This document shows positions 8,383-18,170 of a DNA stretch of 64,000 bases, piece by piece (position 1 is the first letter of the stretch; each line of letters begins with the position of its first letter). The notes under the pieces were generated by a model. That model was not told the DNA's origin. It saw only the letters and a list, made by a program, of their open reading frames with translations, and did no database searches. This DNA is from Polyangiales bacterium (lineage in GTDB: Bacteria > Myxococcota_A > Polyangia > Polyangiales > Houyiibacteriaceae). The translations under genes were made by a program, and so were the position numbers. The DNA lies in NCBI GenBank assembly GCA_041576815.1, contig JBFGKE010000010.1, positions 16,599 through 80,598 of the forward strand, in the 5' to 3' direction.

Positions 8383-10094
8383 TTCGACCCTCAGAGAACC
8401 CAACGTCCGAGCGCGAGGACATCAACCCGCACCGGCGGCTTCAATGGGTCCTGGGCGCTCGCCTCATCATCGCCAGCGTGCTGCTCGGGGCGACCTTGTA
8501 CCTCGCGCTGGATGCGATCCGGTACGGCCGCTTCACGCCGACGTTCTTACTCATTCTGATCTCGACGATCTACGCCTCGTCGATCCTCTTCATCGTTTGG
8601 TTGCTCCGTGGCAGACAGGAAACCCGGGTTGCCGTGGCGATCACGACCCTCGACGTCCTGCTGATCACCGGGCTCGTCTACCTCACTGGGGGCGCGGGAA
8701 GCATTTTCTCGTTCCTGTATGGCGCGCAGATTCTGACCGCCGCGCTCACGCTAGGAACCAACGCAGCATACCTGACCGCTGCTGCGAGCCTCGCGCTCTA
8801 CTTTCTGCAGGGGCTCGCCCTCAATCTCGGCTGGCTGCCGCCCCCTCCCGATCAACCTCTGAGCCAGTACGTCCTGAGCTCGCGGGATTTCCAGCTCGCG
8901 CTGGTGTCGAACATGGTCGGCATCGCAGCGGTCGCGCTCCTCGCGACCAATCTGGCACGGCGTGCACAGGTGGCTGGCGCGCGCCTGCTCGAGGCGCAGA
9001 AGAGCGCAGCGCGGCTGGTTCGCCTCAACGACGACATCGTCCGCTCGATCGCCTCGGGCCTCATCACGGCGGACGACGACGGGCGCATCATCGGACTGAA
9101 CCGTGCGGCTCGCGAGATCCTTCGCGATCGTGCCGGGACACTGCTGGGGAAGCCTCTCTTCGAGGTGCTTCCGGGCTACGAAACACAGCCGCTCAGCGAT
9201 CCGCCGAAGCGCGCCGATGCCGAAGGCAAACGGGCGGATGGAAGCAGCTTCCCGCTCGGCTACACGCTCAGCGCGCTCCTCGACGCGAACGGCAACCAGT
9301 CGGGTCTATTGCTTGCTTTTCAGGACCTCACCGAGATTCAAACGCTGCGGGACCAAGCTGAGCGGGCACAGCGCCTCGCCGTGCTCGGGCAGCTCGCCAC
9401 GGGATTGGCGCACGAGATTCGGAACCCGCTCAGCTCGATCTCCGGGTCGGTCGAGATGGTGCGTGAGGGCAACGCACTCAGCCCGGAGGACAGAAGGCTT
9501 CTCGGTATCGTGATCTCGGAGGTCGAACGGCTCGACTCCCTGGTGACCACGATGCTGCAGGTGGGCCGTCCGAGTCAGATCGAGACCGAGCCGCGCGATC
9601 TGCGCACGATCGCGAGAGATGTCGTCGCCGTGGCACGGGGCGAGGCCACTGCGGTCAATCGGCTGCAGATCGAGGAAACCGGGCCGGACGAGGCGATCAT
9701 CGTGTCGGTCGACGCCGATCGGATGCGCCAGGTCGTTTGGAATCTCGTGAAGAACGCGGTGCAGGTTTCACCTCGCGGAGGCACAGTCGAAGTCCGAACC
9801 GGGCGCGACCGCAGCGATCAGGCATACCTGGAAGTCGCAGACGAGGGCCCTGGGATCGGTCCCGCGCACCGGGAGCGATTGTTCGACATGTTCTACTCGG
9901 GCCGAAGCCACGGGGTCGGCCTCGGGCTCGCGTTGGTCAAACAAATCGTCGATCAGCACGGCGGCCGCATCGAGGTCCTCGACCGCGATGGTACGGGGAC
10001 GTGCTTTCGTGTCACGCTCCCGTTGGCGGAGGAACCGATGCGAGCGACGCCAAGAGCGCAGAAAGACGACCGCCCGGATCCTCCGACCGCATGA
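8379..10094 (+). CDS. pilS: PilS-like sensor histidine kinase (multi-TM, PAS, HisKA, HATPase)
   Basis: Several N-terminal TM helices, LAHEIRNPL H-box, NLVKNA, DEGPG, GLGL. GTGA-coupled to pilC, as in myxobacterial pil clusters. Confidence 0.8.
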   Translation: MIRPSENPTSEREDINPHRRLQWVLGARLIIASVLLGATLYLALDAIRYGRFTPTFLLILISTIYASSILFIVWLLRGRQETRVAVAITTLDVLLITGLVYLTGGAGSIFSFLYGAQILTAALTLGTNAAYLTAAASLALYFLQGLALNLGWLPPPPDQPLSQYVLSSRDFQLALVSNMVGIAAVALLATNLARRAQVAGARLLEAQKSAARLVRLNDDIVRSIASGLITADDDGRIIGLNRAAREILRDRAGTLLGKPLFEVLPGYETQPLSDPPKRADAEGKRADGSSFPLGYTLSALLDANGNQSGLLLAFQDLTEIQTLRDQAERAQRLAVLGQLATGLAHEIRNPLSSISGSVEMVREGNALSPEDRRLLGIVISEVERLDSLVTTMLQVGRPSQIETEPRDLRTIARDVVAVARGEATAVNRLQIEETGPDEAIIVSVDADRMRQVVWNLVKNAVQVSPRGGTVEVRTGRDRSDQAYLEVADEGPGIGPAHRERLFDMFYSGRSHGVGLGLALVKQIVDQHGGRIEVLDRDGTGTCFRVTLPLAEEPMRATPRAQKDDRPDPPTA

Positions 10095-10839
10095 GCTCCT
10101 CACCGATCAGCACGGCATCGGCGCGGCCGTCGGCGACCTGACGAAAGTCGTCTTCGGAGCGAACCCCGCTCATGAAGACGGCGACACGATCGGACGGGAT
10201 ACGGTCGACCGCGGAACGCGCCGCGTTCGTGTCCACGCGAAACGTCCTCAAATCGCGAGCGTTCACGCCGACGATCGTCGAGCCGGCGGCGAGCGCGCGC
10301 TCCACCTCGGCTTCGTTGGCTGCCTCGACCACGGGCTCCATCCCGAGCTCACGGATGCGCTCGCTCAGTGACACGAGGTCGCGATCGTCGAGAACGCGCA
10401 CGAGCAAGAGCACGAGCGAGGCGCCGACATCGTACGCCAAGTCGACCTGGACCGGGTCGACGACGAAGCCTTTGAAGAGGACCGGTATCCGCACGGCGCG
10501 CGCCACCCGCCGGACCAGCAGGGGCGAGCCGCCAAACCCGGGCCCGTCGGCAAGCACACTGATGACCGACGCGCCGGCGTCTTCGTATCCCCGCGCCACG
10601 CGCACGCCTTCGCCGGCGCTTCGCGGTCGGATCTCGCCGGCACTCGGGCTCCGAAACTTCACTTCTGCGATCACCGATGGTGGCGCGGCTGCCTTGCGGC
10701 GAAGCGCGGCGACCCCACGCCGGCCGCGCTCGGGCTCGGGCACCCGATCGACGCGCCGCATCGCTGCGACATGACGCCGACGCCTGCGGTTCTCCCTCCG
10801 TTTGCGGTCGAGGATTTGCGAGAGATAGTCGTCCATCAT
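10012..10839 (-). CDS. trpC: Indole-3-glycerol phosphate synthase
   Basis: VIAEVKFRSPSAG, ISVL, VGVNARDL, SGVRS, AVLIGEELM. ATGA-coupled to trpD. Confidence 0.9.
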   Translation of the reverse strand: MMDDYLSQILDRKRRENRRRRRHVAAMRRVDRVPEPERGRRGVAALRRKAAAPPSVIAEVKFRSPSAGEIRPRSAGEGVRVARGYEDAGASVISVLADGPGFGGSPLLVRRVARAVRIPVLFKGFVVDPVQVDLAYDVGASLVLLLVRVLDDRDLVSLSERIRELGMEPVVEAANEAEVERALAAGSTIVGVNARDLRTFRVDTNAARSAVDRIPSDRVAVFMSGVRSEDDFRQVADGRADAVLIGEELMRSEDPGGRLSALLASLASVPPPTGA

Positions 10840-11849
10840 TGTCGGGTGAGCTCCGCCCACTGCTCGAGCTTTCGTTTTGCTTCACCGCTGTCGATCGCCC
10901 GAGCAGCCCGCGCGGCGGCGTCCCTGCGGTCCTCGCAAAGCCCCGACACGCAAAGTGCTGCTGCCGCGTTCAGAACGACCGCGGCTCGCGGAGGTCCGTC
11001 GTCTCCCTCCAGAACCTTCGTGATGATTTCGGCGTTGCGCTGGGCGTCGCCTCCGCGAAGGGCCTCGAGGCTGACTTCTTGGACGCCGAAGTCCCCGGGG
11101 GTGACTTCGAACGTCGTCACGACGCCGCCTGCGAGCTGCGCCACGCGTGTGCGACCGCTTGGAGAGACCTCGTCGAGCCCGCCCTCCCCGTGCACCACCC
11201 ATGCCGCGGTCGACCCGAGCGCCCCGAGCGCCTCGGCGAGCTGCTCGACGCGAGCTGGATCATAGACGCCGACCACTTGATGCGTCGCCGACGCGGGGTT
11301 CGAGAGCGGCCCAAGAAGGTTGAAAATCGTCCGGATGCCGAGCTCTCGCCGCACGGGCGCCGCGTGGCGCATCGCCGCGTGGTGGCTCGGCGCATACAGA
11401 AATCCGATGCCGACCGTTTCGATGCAGCGCTGCGCGTGCGCGGGTTCGACGTCGACCCGAACTCCGAGCGCCTCGAGCACGTCGGCGCTGCCCGCCTTGG
11501 ACGAGACCGCGCGGTTGCCGTGCTTGGCGACCGACACGCCGCACGCGGCCGCCACGATCGCCGCCGCGGTCGAGATGTTGAAGGTGTGAAGCCCATCGCC
11601 CCCAGTGCCACACGTGTCGAGGAGCGGCCCCGCAACGTCCGGTTCGATTGCATCGCAGCGGCGGCGAAGCGCCCTCGCGGCCGCTGCGATTTCGCTGGCG
11701 GACTCGCCCTTCATTCGAAGCGCGACGATGAAGGCTGCAATCTGGGCGCTGGACGCTTCGCCAGCGAGAATCGCATCCATCGCGGACTCGACTTCACCGG
11801 GGGACAAATCGCGACCCGACACCGCCTGCTCGATCGCCCTCGAGATCAC
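10836..11849 (-). CDS. trpD: Anthranilate phosphoribosyltransferase
   Basis: [49 protein letters not shown] start overlaps the trpG stop. Confidence 0.96.
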   Translation of the reverse strand: MISRAIEQAVSGRDLSPGEVESAMDAILAGEASSAQIAAFIVALRMKGESASEIAAAARALRRRCDAIEPDVAGPLLDTCGTGGDGLHTFNISTAAAIVAAACGVSVAKHGNRAVSSKAGSADVLEALGVRVDVEPAHAQRCIETVGIGFLYAPSHHAAMRHAAPVRRELGIRTIFNLLGPLSNPASATHQVVGVYDPARVEQLAEALGALGSTAAWVVHGEGGLDEVSPSGRTRVAQLAGGVVTTFEVTPGDFGVQEVSLEALRGGDAQRNAEIITKVLEGDDGPPRAAVVLNAAAALCVSGLCEDRRDAAARAARAIDSGEAKRKLEQWAELTRQ

Positions 11850-12430
11850 GACGCACCGCCCGATGGCAGCGACGACAGCCAGTTGCGGATCAGCGCGTGG
11901 CCGTGCTCCGTCAAGAACGACTCCGGATGAAACTGCACGCCCTCGATCGGGAGGGTCTTGTGGCGCAGTCCCATGACCTCGTCCCGGTCGGTCCAAGCGG
12001 TGACCTCCAGCTCGTCCGGGACCGTCGACTTCTCCACGATCAGCGAGTGATAGCGCGTGGCGGTCAGCGGGCTCGGGAGCCTGCCGAACACGCCCTGTCC
12101 GGCGTGGTGGATCTCCGAAGTCCGCCCATGCATGAGGCGGTCGGCCCGCACGATCGAAGCGCCGAAATGCTGGGCAATGCTCTGGTGGCCCAGGCAGACC
12201 CCGAAAATCGGAACCTCTCGACCGAGCTCCGCGATCAGGTCGAGGCTGACGCCCGCTTCCTCGGGGCGTCCGGGCCCAGGGCTGATCAAAATGCCCCCTG
12301 GGGCCGACGCGCGAATCTCCTCCACCGTCACCGCATCGTTGCGCTTCACCACGACCTCAGCGCCCAGCTCACCGAGATATTGAACGAGGTTGTATGTAAA
12401 CGAATCGTAGTTGTCGATGACGAGAATCAT
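11846..12430 (-). CDS. trpG: Anthranilate synthase component II (glutamine amidotransferase)
   Basis: [39 protein letters not shown]. Confidence 0.93.
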   Translation of the reverse strand: MILVIDNYDSFTYNLVQYLGELGAEVVVKRNDAVTVEEIRASAPGGILISPGPGRPEEAGVSLDLIAELGREVPIFGVCLGHQSIAQHFGASIVRADRLMHGRTSEIHHAGQGVFGRLPSPLTATRYHSLIVEKSTVPDELEVTAWTDRDEVMGLRHKTLPIEGVQFHPESFLTEHGHALIRNWLSSLPSGGAS

Positions 12431-12465
12431 GCGCCTTCCTCCGCTAGCGGCTCGCGAGGAACGAG

Positions 12466-13362
12466 TCAACCAGCGCCGGACGGCGTGGGCTCGTAGCCGC
12501 GCTCGCGCAGAAACTTCTCCAACCTCAGGTTGACCATCTCGGGATACTCGAGCATCGCGTAGTGCGTCGCGCCGGGGATGATCATGATCTCGGAGCCGCG
12601 AATCCGGCGGGCCATCCGCTCGGCAGCAGATCGCGGGGTGAACACATCCCGGGAGCCCGTGATGATTAGACTGGGAACGTCGATGAGCGGAAGGAGATCC
12701 CACCCATCGTGCTCGCCCATTCGCTGCAGCAGCGCGATGAACGCATCCATGTCGAGCGTCCGAAACTTGGCGATGAGCTCGGAGGCGACTTGCTCGTCGA
12801 GCGTGCCCGCCGTCAGCCCGATCCGCTTCGCCCACTCTGCCGCATCCGGGAGGCGGGTGGCCTGCCGGACAATCGCCTCGATCGTTCTTGGCATCGATCG
12901 AAGGCCGCGCAGGAACGGAGGCAGGAGACGGCCCACCAAGCTCAAGTTGAAGACGTAGTCCCAGGGGCGCCCTGCCACTCCATTGACCATGGCGAGCGAC
13001 GCGACCTGCTCCGGGGCCGCGCGAAACATCTCGAGGCCGACCTGGACACCCATCGAAAAACCGAGCACCGCTGCCCGGTCCGCGCCCTCCGCACATAGAA
13101 GATGGAGGCCGTCCCGGGCGTGGTCGGTCATGGTCATCGCCCCCGGATCGGCGGGCCGCGCCGAGCCAAACAGCCCGCGGTAGTCCCACGACAGGAGCCG
13201 ATACCGGTCCCGGAAGTATTGAATCTGGTGGGTCCAGGCCTCCCAACCCCCGCCCAAACCGTTGCAGAGCAGGAGCGGAGGGCCTTGCCCGAGGGCAAAG
13301 TAGGCGATTTCAGTGCCATCAAACGACGCAAAGCGGCGTTCTTCGACGGGGGGTGGCATCAT
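12466..13362 (-). CDS. Alpha/beta-fold hydrolase
   Basis: [13 protein letters not shown] nucleophile elbow, GSRD, GATHY. Confidence 0.88.
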   Translation of the reverse strand: MMPPPVEERRFASFDGTEIAYFALGQGPPLLLCNGLGGGWEAWTHQIQYFRDRYRLLSWDYRGLFGSARPADPGAMTMTDHARDGLHLLCAEGADRAAVLGFSMGVQVGLEMFRAAPEQVASLAMVNGVAGRPWDYVFNLSLVGRLLPPFLRGLRSMPRTIEAIVRQATRLPDAAEWAKRIGLTAGTLDEQVASELIAKFRTLDMDAFIALLQRMGEHDGWDLLPLIDVPSLIITGSRDVFTPRSAAERMARRIRGSEIMIIPGATHYAMLEYPEMVNLRLEKFLRERGYEPTPSGAG

Positions 13363-13403
13363 GGCAGGGCGAAGCCTACCAGGGCCGAAGAGGGGCGCCC
13401 ACC

Positions 13404-13433
13404 TTGACACGATCGGCGTCCCACGGATAAATT
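13404..13433 (+). promoter_or_regulatory. sigma70-type promoter
   Basis: TTGACA, 18-bp spacer, TAAATT, followed by GAGGAA SD and ATG 13447. Confidence 0.55.
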
Positions 13434-13446
13434 TGAGGAAGCTGAA

Positions 13447-14562
13447 ATGTCAGACGAACTCCAAAAATCCAAGAAAGTTCGCGATATACGCGAGCGCCTC
13501 GGCCGAAACACGGCCCCACCTCCCAAGGACTTGGAGGAGGGAGGCGTGGCCCCACCGCCGCCGGCGCTCGGCGGCATTGCGCCACCGCCGGGCTTCGTGG
13601 GGGGTCAGGCTGCCAAGCGCTCGGGGCCGTTCGGCCGTTCGCAGTCGCAGGCGCCGGCGAGGCAGGAGGTTCGCATCGTGGTCGACGAAGAGGCGGTCGC
13701 GACTGCGCACGAGGGCAAGAGCCGCCGGGTACGCAAGCTGATGATGATGACCGGCGCAGGAGCCGTCCTCGTCGGCCTCTTTCTGGGAGTTCTAGCGACC
13801 ACCGTGATGAGTCGGCGTAGCGAGTACAACGTTGCTGTCCGCGACGGAAAGGCCGTCTACGAAGGCGTTCGCGCCGCGGCCGATCAGGTGACCGAGGCCA
13901 AGCGATTGCTGGGCCGCGCGCTCGACGCTGCAAAGGTGCGCCCGGGCCAAGGCCCCTCGGTCGACTACGACGCCATCGAGCAACTGCGCACCCTTCCGAC
14001 TCCGTTTACGGCCGCCGACTTCGCCGGCCTTCACTACACGAAGTTCAACCGCGAAACCGTCAACTCGTTGTTCCTCTACGCGCGCCAAGTCGACGAGCTC
14101 TGGGACAAGTTCGACGGGTTGGCCGGCAAGGTTCTTCCGCAGGCGCGACGCCAGGAGCTCGACGAGGCGGCGCAGGACGAAACCGCGATCACCAGCAGCC
14201 CGACCGGCTGCGTACCCACCTTGGGTGAAGGCGGCTTCCGTTGTGGTTTGGTGTACGTCGACATGCCCGAATCGATGGCGGGCGCCACCAAGCTCAAAGT
14301 CCGCGTGACGCGCGGGAGCAAGCCTTTCGAAAAAGAGCTCTATACGGGTCAAGACCTTCGAAAAAACGCGAGCAGCTACGTCATCCTCACGAACCCGCAG
14401 CAGTCCGAAGGGGTGCTCGGCCGCCGTGAGAACGCGTTTGCTTCGTACCGCAAAGACCTGGCCGACATCTCCCGTCTGATGGATGCCACGCTTCAAACGC
14501 AGGGAACCCTCGAGAAGGGGCTAGGGTCGGTCGCCGGGCTCGAAGAGATCGTCAGCTTCTAG
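13447..14562 (+). CDS. Hypothetical single-pass membrane protein (Pro-rich N-terminus, Cys pair in the periplasmic part)
   Basis: Long ORF with promoter and SD, one TM segment (AGAVLVGLFLGVLA). No recognised family. Confidence 0.75.
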   Translation: MSDELQKSKKVRDIRERLGRNTAPPPKDLEEGGVAPPPPALGGIAPPPGFVGGQAAKRSGPFGRSQSQAPARQEVRIVVDEEAVATAHEGKSRRVRKLMMMTGAGAVLVGLFLGVLATTVMSRRSEYNVAVRDGKAVYEGVRAAADQVTEAKRLLGRALDAAKVRPGQGPSVDYDAIEQLRTLPTPFTAADFAGLHYTKFNRETVNSLFLYARQVDELWDKFDGLAGKVLPQARRQELDEAAQDETAITSSPTGCVPTLGEGGFRCGLVYVDMPESMAGATKLKVRVTRGSKPFEKELYTGQDLRKNASSYVILTNPQQSEGVLGRRENAFASYRKDLADISRLMDATLQTQGTLEKGLGSVAGLEEIVSF

Positions 14563-14646
14563 CTGAATTCCGGCCCGTTATCGCAAGTTCTCCGGTAGCA
14601 GCAGATTCGACGCGGGCCCGGTCCGCTTGCTATTCTACTTCGTGGG

Positions 14647-15567
14647 GTGCCGCGTTTCAGGCTGCGATATCAGGCGACCAACTTGGAGATGCCTCTTGGA
14701 GAATTCACCGTTGGTCGCAGCTCGTCGTGCAATCTTGCTCTGGCGGATGGATTGGTCTCTCGGAAGCACGCGGTGCTTCACGTCGGGCCCGAGGCGGTCG
14801 TCGTCGAGGACTTTGGCAGCCGCAACGGCGTGGCCGTCAATGGGGTTCGCATCAACGGCCCGCGACGGCTCGCGCACATGGACCGGGTATACATCGGTTC
14901 GCAAGAGCTCGTGCTGATCGATGCCGCGAAAATGCGGGATGGCGCAAAGGAAACCGCCGCGTACATCGTTTGCGACTCGTGCGGGGCGATCAACGGGGCA
15001 GCCAAACGACGATGTGGTGACTGCGGAAAGCGCTTGACCTTGGCAGATACCCGCACGGCGGGCAGCGACAAGGGCGTCGACTCGGCGTCCCACGCCTGGG
15101 GGGCAGAAGACACCCGTACCCAACGCGCGCTCGACGTGATCGCCGGGATCGCGAGCAAAGCCATCGCAATGGGGCGCTTCGAGGAGGCCGAGCGGATGCT
15201 CTTGCCGCACCTCGACACGATTTTGGAACGGGCGCTGGCGGACCGGCCACTCAGCGAATCCGAAAAGGATGACCCAGACGCTCTGTTCGGCGGCGCGACC
15301 CGGTACGCACTCCAGCTTGCACAGGGGCTTCGCAATCCCCGTTGGATCGACTGGGTGTTTCGCGTACACACGGCGACCAGCCGACTCATGGACGCCGAGA
15401 CGATCGAGACGCTGCACAGCCTCGTTAGAAGTCACAAGTACTCGAACCCGAGCTACCTTCGCGCGTATCTTCGCGCGATCGAGAGCCGAGCCGACGAATA
15501 CAGCGCCTCGGAGCGATTCCTGGTGAAGCGGCTCGAAGGGTTGGAGCAAGTCGTCGCGGCACACTAG
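14647..15567 (+). CDS. FHA domain + zinc ribbon + helical domain protein
   Basis: FHA motifs GRS, SRKH, SRNG; CDSC...CGDC. Confidence 0.85.
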   Translation: MPRFRLRYQATNLEMPLGEFTVGRSSSCNLALADGLVSRKHAVLHVGPEAVVVEDFGSRNGVAVNGVRINGPRRLAHMDRVYIGSQELVLIDAAKMRDGAKETAAYIVCDSCGAINGAAKRRCGDCGKRLTLADTRTAGSDKGVDSASHAWGAEDTRTQRALDVIAGIASKAIAMGRFEEAERMLLPHLDTILERALADRPLSESEKDDPDALFGGATRYALQLAQGLRNPRWIDWVFRVHTATSRLMDAETIETLHSLVRSHKYSNPSYLRAYLRAIESRADEYSASERFLVKRLEGLEQVVAAH

Positions 15568-16352
15568 CCGGTGCGTCGGCTCTCTGGCCCGGCGTGACGT
15601 AGGGCCGCGACCGCTTCGGCGAGTCGGTCGTCCGGCGGCATCTCGTCGGCCAACGCCAGCACGTCGCGAGATGGCGGCTCTTCCGCCTTTTCGTAGAGTC
15701 TGGTGCCAATCGCCAGCCACCGCGCGCTGCGAAGCGCACAGCCGAGGCGGGCGGCACACTCCGCCACCCCGAAAACACGGCTCGGCTCGACCTCGACGTC
15801 TCGATCGAGCTGGTCGTCGAGCTCGGCCACGCCTCTCGACATCATCCGCTCCGCGTCCGCGAGCCGACCCTGGTCGATGGCCCGCTCGACCACCTGCGCC
15901 AGCAGATGAAAGGTCCATCCCGACGCGGCGACATCCCGAACCGCAGTGCTCACGCCTTGCTCCGTCGGGACGGCGCCGCAGTGCGGGCACTGTGCGCTGG
16001 CACTGGGATACGGCACCGCGCATCCGACGCAAAAGGTCAGGCCCGACGTCGTCCGACGCTCCTTCGCGTGGGAGCCCGGAGTCAGGAATACGAGCTCTCG
16101 TGTTCCGATGCGGATACGGTCGCCGTCCTGCAAGGTCGCACGCCCGATGAGGGGCCGCTCGTTGAGCTGAGTCCCGTTGCGGCTGTGGAGATCTTCGATC
16201 GTCGGCTTCGGCCCGGTCAGGTCGATCCGGACGTGCCGCCGGGACAGCATCGGATCATCGATCGTGATCTGCCCCGTCGAGCCGCGACCGATGATGATCT
16301 CGTCGCCGACGAGGTCGATCTCTTGCAGATGAAATCGGAGACGATACCGCAA
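15564..16352 (-). CDS. FHA domain + zinc ribbon + helical domain protein (paralog of the neighbour)
   Basis: FHA motifs GRG, SRRH, SRNG; CVGC...CPHC. Confidence 0.85.
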   Translation of the reverse strand: MRYRLRFHLQEIDLVGDEIIIGRGSTGQITIDDPMLSRRHVRIDLTGPKPTIEDLHSRNGTQLNERPLIGRATLQDGDRIRIGTRELVFLTPGSHAKERRTTSGLTFCVGCAVPYPSASAQCPHCGAVPTEQGVSTAVRDVAASGWTFHLLAQVVERAIDQGRLADAERMMSRGVAELDDQLDRDVEVEPSRVFGVAECAARLGCALRSARWLAIGTRLYEKAEEPPSRDVLALADEMPPDDRLAEAVAALRHAGPESRRTG

Positions 16353-16426
16353 CCTCGGACCTCAAGAGTCACCAGAGTAGCCGCGGCAAAGGGGCGGTGT
16401 AAATCCTACCCCAACCTACGTCGCCG

Positions 16427-17263
16427 CTATTTCTCGTCGTCGACCTTGGGCTCCTCGCGCCGGCGTATCTCACCCGTAATTCGATCCGCGATGTCGGCGT
16501 TTTGGTCGCTGTCGTCGCCCTCGGCGACCATGTCTACGAGCGTCCCGTTTTCGTCGACTACATCCGGCTCGTTTTTCCTGAGCTTGGCGAGGCGGGCCAC
16601 GGTTTTGGGATCCTCGAGAATCAGACAGTAGAAGCCATAGAACTCGTTGTTATCGACGGCCCGTGCGAGAATTCTCGGCTCGCGCCATTCGAACCACTCG
16701 GTGGCTGCTCCACCCGACGGAAGCACGCCCTTCTTTTTCTTGGCGCGGCCGTAGCGCTGCTGGAGCGCCCTGCCGAACTCGCCGAAGGTCGCACCCTCGA
16801 ACACCGAGGCATCGAACGCTCGGTAGCGCTTCCAGAGCCGGTCGTTGATGAAAAAGAAGTAATCCTGGGTGTTCTTCGTCCGAACCCGGAGGAGTGACTC
16901 GCCGTTTCGGTGGGTGAACTCCCCCCGAAGATAGCCCGAGTCGTACGCGCTCGGTGTTCCATCGAACTCGAAATACGAGTCGCGAATCTCGCGCGTGTCC
17001 TCGGCCATCTTGTGGCGCAGCCGATCCTCTTCGATCGCATCCGTCGTCTTGGCGATCGGCTCGCGGTAGGACCCTTCGATGTTTTTCTTGAGATGGCGGT
17101 ACACCTGCTTCGGTGTCCAGCCCCACTCGATGTCGCCCATCGAGCTTTCGAGCGCACTTTGGGCTCTTTTGCTCGCGCTGCCTTTGTCCGCATAGACGCC
17201 GGCCCCAATCAATAGCCCGAAGGCCACCAGAAACGCCAAACTGGAGGAACGTCCCATCAGCAA
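16427..17263 (-). CDS. Hypothetical secreted protein
   Basis: Signal peptide (SSSLAFLVAFGLLIGAGVYA) and purine-rich SD upstream. No family recognised. Confidence 0.75.
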   Translation of the reverse strand: MLMGRSSSLAFLVAFGLLIGAGVYADKGSASKRAQSALESSMGDIEWGWTPKQVYRHLKKNIEGSYREPIAKTTDAIEEDRLRHKMAEDTREIRDSYFEFDGTPSAYDSGYLRGEFTHRNGESLLRVRTKNTQDYFFFINDRLWKRYRAFDASVFEGATFGEFGRALQQRYGRAKKKKGVLPSGGAATEWFEWREPRILARAVDNNEFYGFYCLILEDPKTVARLAKLRKNEPDVVDENGTLVDMVAEGDDSDQNADIADRITGEIRRREEPKVDDEK

Positions 17264-17329
17264 AACCCCTTCCCCCTCAAGCTAGCATCGACGGCACCAC
17301 GGCTACAAAAAGGCTCCAGAATCACGCGT

Positions 17330-18157
17330 TTAGGGCTCGTTTGCGGCCTTTCCCTCGCCGAGCGCGACGAAGAGCATCGTGCCGCCAGCCACGGCGGCGG
17401 GCATGAACAGCAGGTTCACCAGGGGGATGAAGAGCAGGACCCACACGCCCGTGCCAAAGCCCGCGACAGCGGGGAGCTGTCGGCGGACGAACGCGACGCG
17501 GTCGCCGACCGACCACTCCCGTCGAGCGGCCGGCCAGTCGATGTAGTCCACCCCGAGGTAGACCGCCGTGAGCACGAAGGCGGCCAGGGACACGAGCTGA
17601 CCCACCCCTGGAACGAGAAAGGAGACGACGAACATCGGACCGATGACGACGACGTAGACGACGACTTTGAGGAGCTCGATGCGGATCGTGCGGACGATGT
17701 CGGCGACCATCCTCCGAAACGAAAACGGCGCAGCCCGTCGGCCCGTGAGAATGTCCTCGACCGCCTCGCTGAGCGCGTCGTTGAAGGGGGCCGCGATGAC
17801 GCTCGAGAGCAAGAACACCGCGATCAAGCCGAGCAGCGCGATCATGATCCCCGCGAGGACTTCGAGGAGCCATCGCAGCCCACGAAGCAGCCCCCCTGTC
17901 CAGCCGCTCGCGTCGCTCCAACTTTCGGGGAAAAGAGACCAGACGGCGGCCGCGAGGTCGTCGTAGAGGCTTCCTGCCCCGTAAAAGACGCCGATCAGTG
18001 CGACGCCCGTGATCAAGATCGGAAACAGCCAATAGCGGGCAAGCCCGCGATGCTGGACATAGACGAACCGCATGCCTCGAAAGGCGTACGAGATTCCGCG
18101 GACGAAGCCGACGGGCGACTTCGCAACCGATCCTGCCGTGCTGACCACGCCCTTCAT
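17330..18157 (-). CDS. EI24/CysZ family membrane protein
   Basis: IAAPFNDALSEAVE, YIDWPAARR, IPLVNLLFMPAAVAGGT motifs of CysZ/EI24. Confidence 0.85.
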   Translation of the reverse strand: MKGVVSTAGSVAKSPVGFVRGISYAFRGMRFVYVQHRGLARYWLFPILITGVALIGVFYGAGSLYDDLAAAVWSLFPESWSDASGWTGGLLRGLRWLLEVLAGIMIALLGLIAVFLLSSVIAAPFNDALSEAVEDILTGRRAAPFSFRRMVADIVRTIRIELLKVVVYVVVIGPMFVVSFLVPGVGQLVSLAAFVLTAVYLGVDYIDWPAARREWSVGDRVAFVRRQLPAVAGFGTGVWVLLFIPLVNLLFMPAAVAGGTMLFVALGEGKAANEP

Positions 18158-18170
18158 GCTTCGACCTCTC

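Noticed and set aside
11846-13246. Apparent long N-terminal fusions on trpG, and likewise on hisA, hisF, manC, guaA, MCE and the response regulator in the ORF track
   Set aside because: The extensions are off-frame read-through of neighbouring genes; coupled starts or promoter signals mark the shorter true starts.
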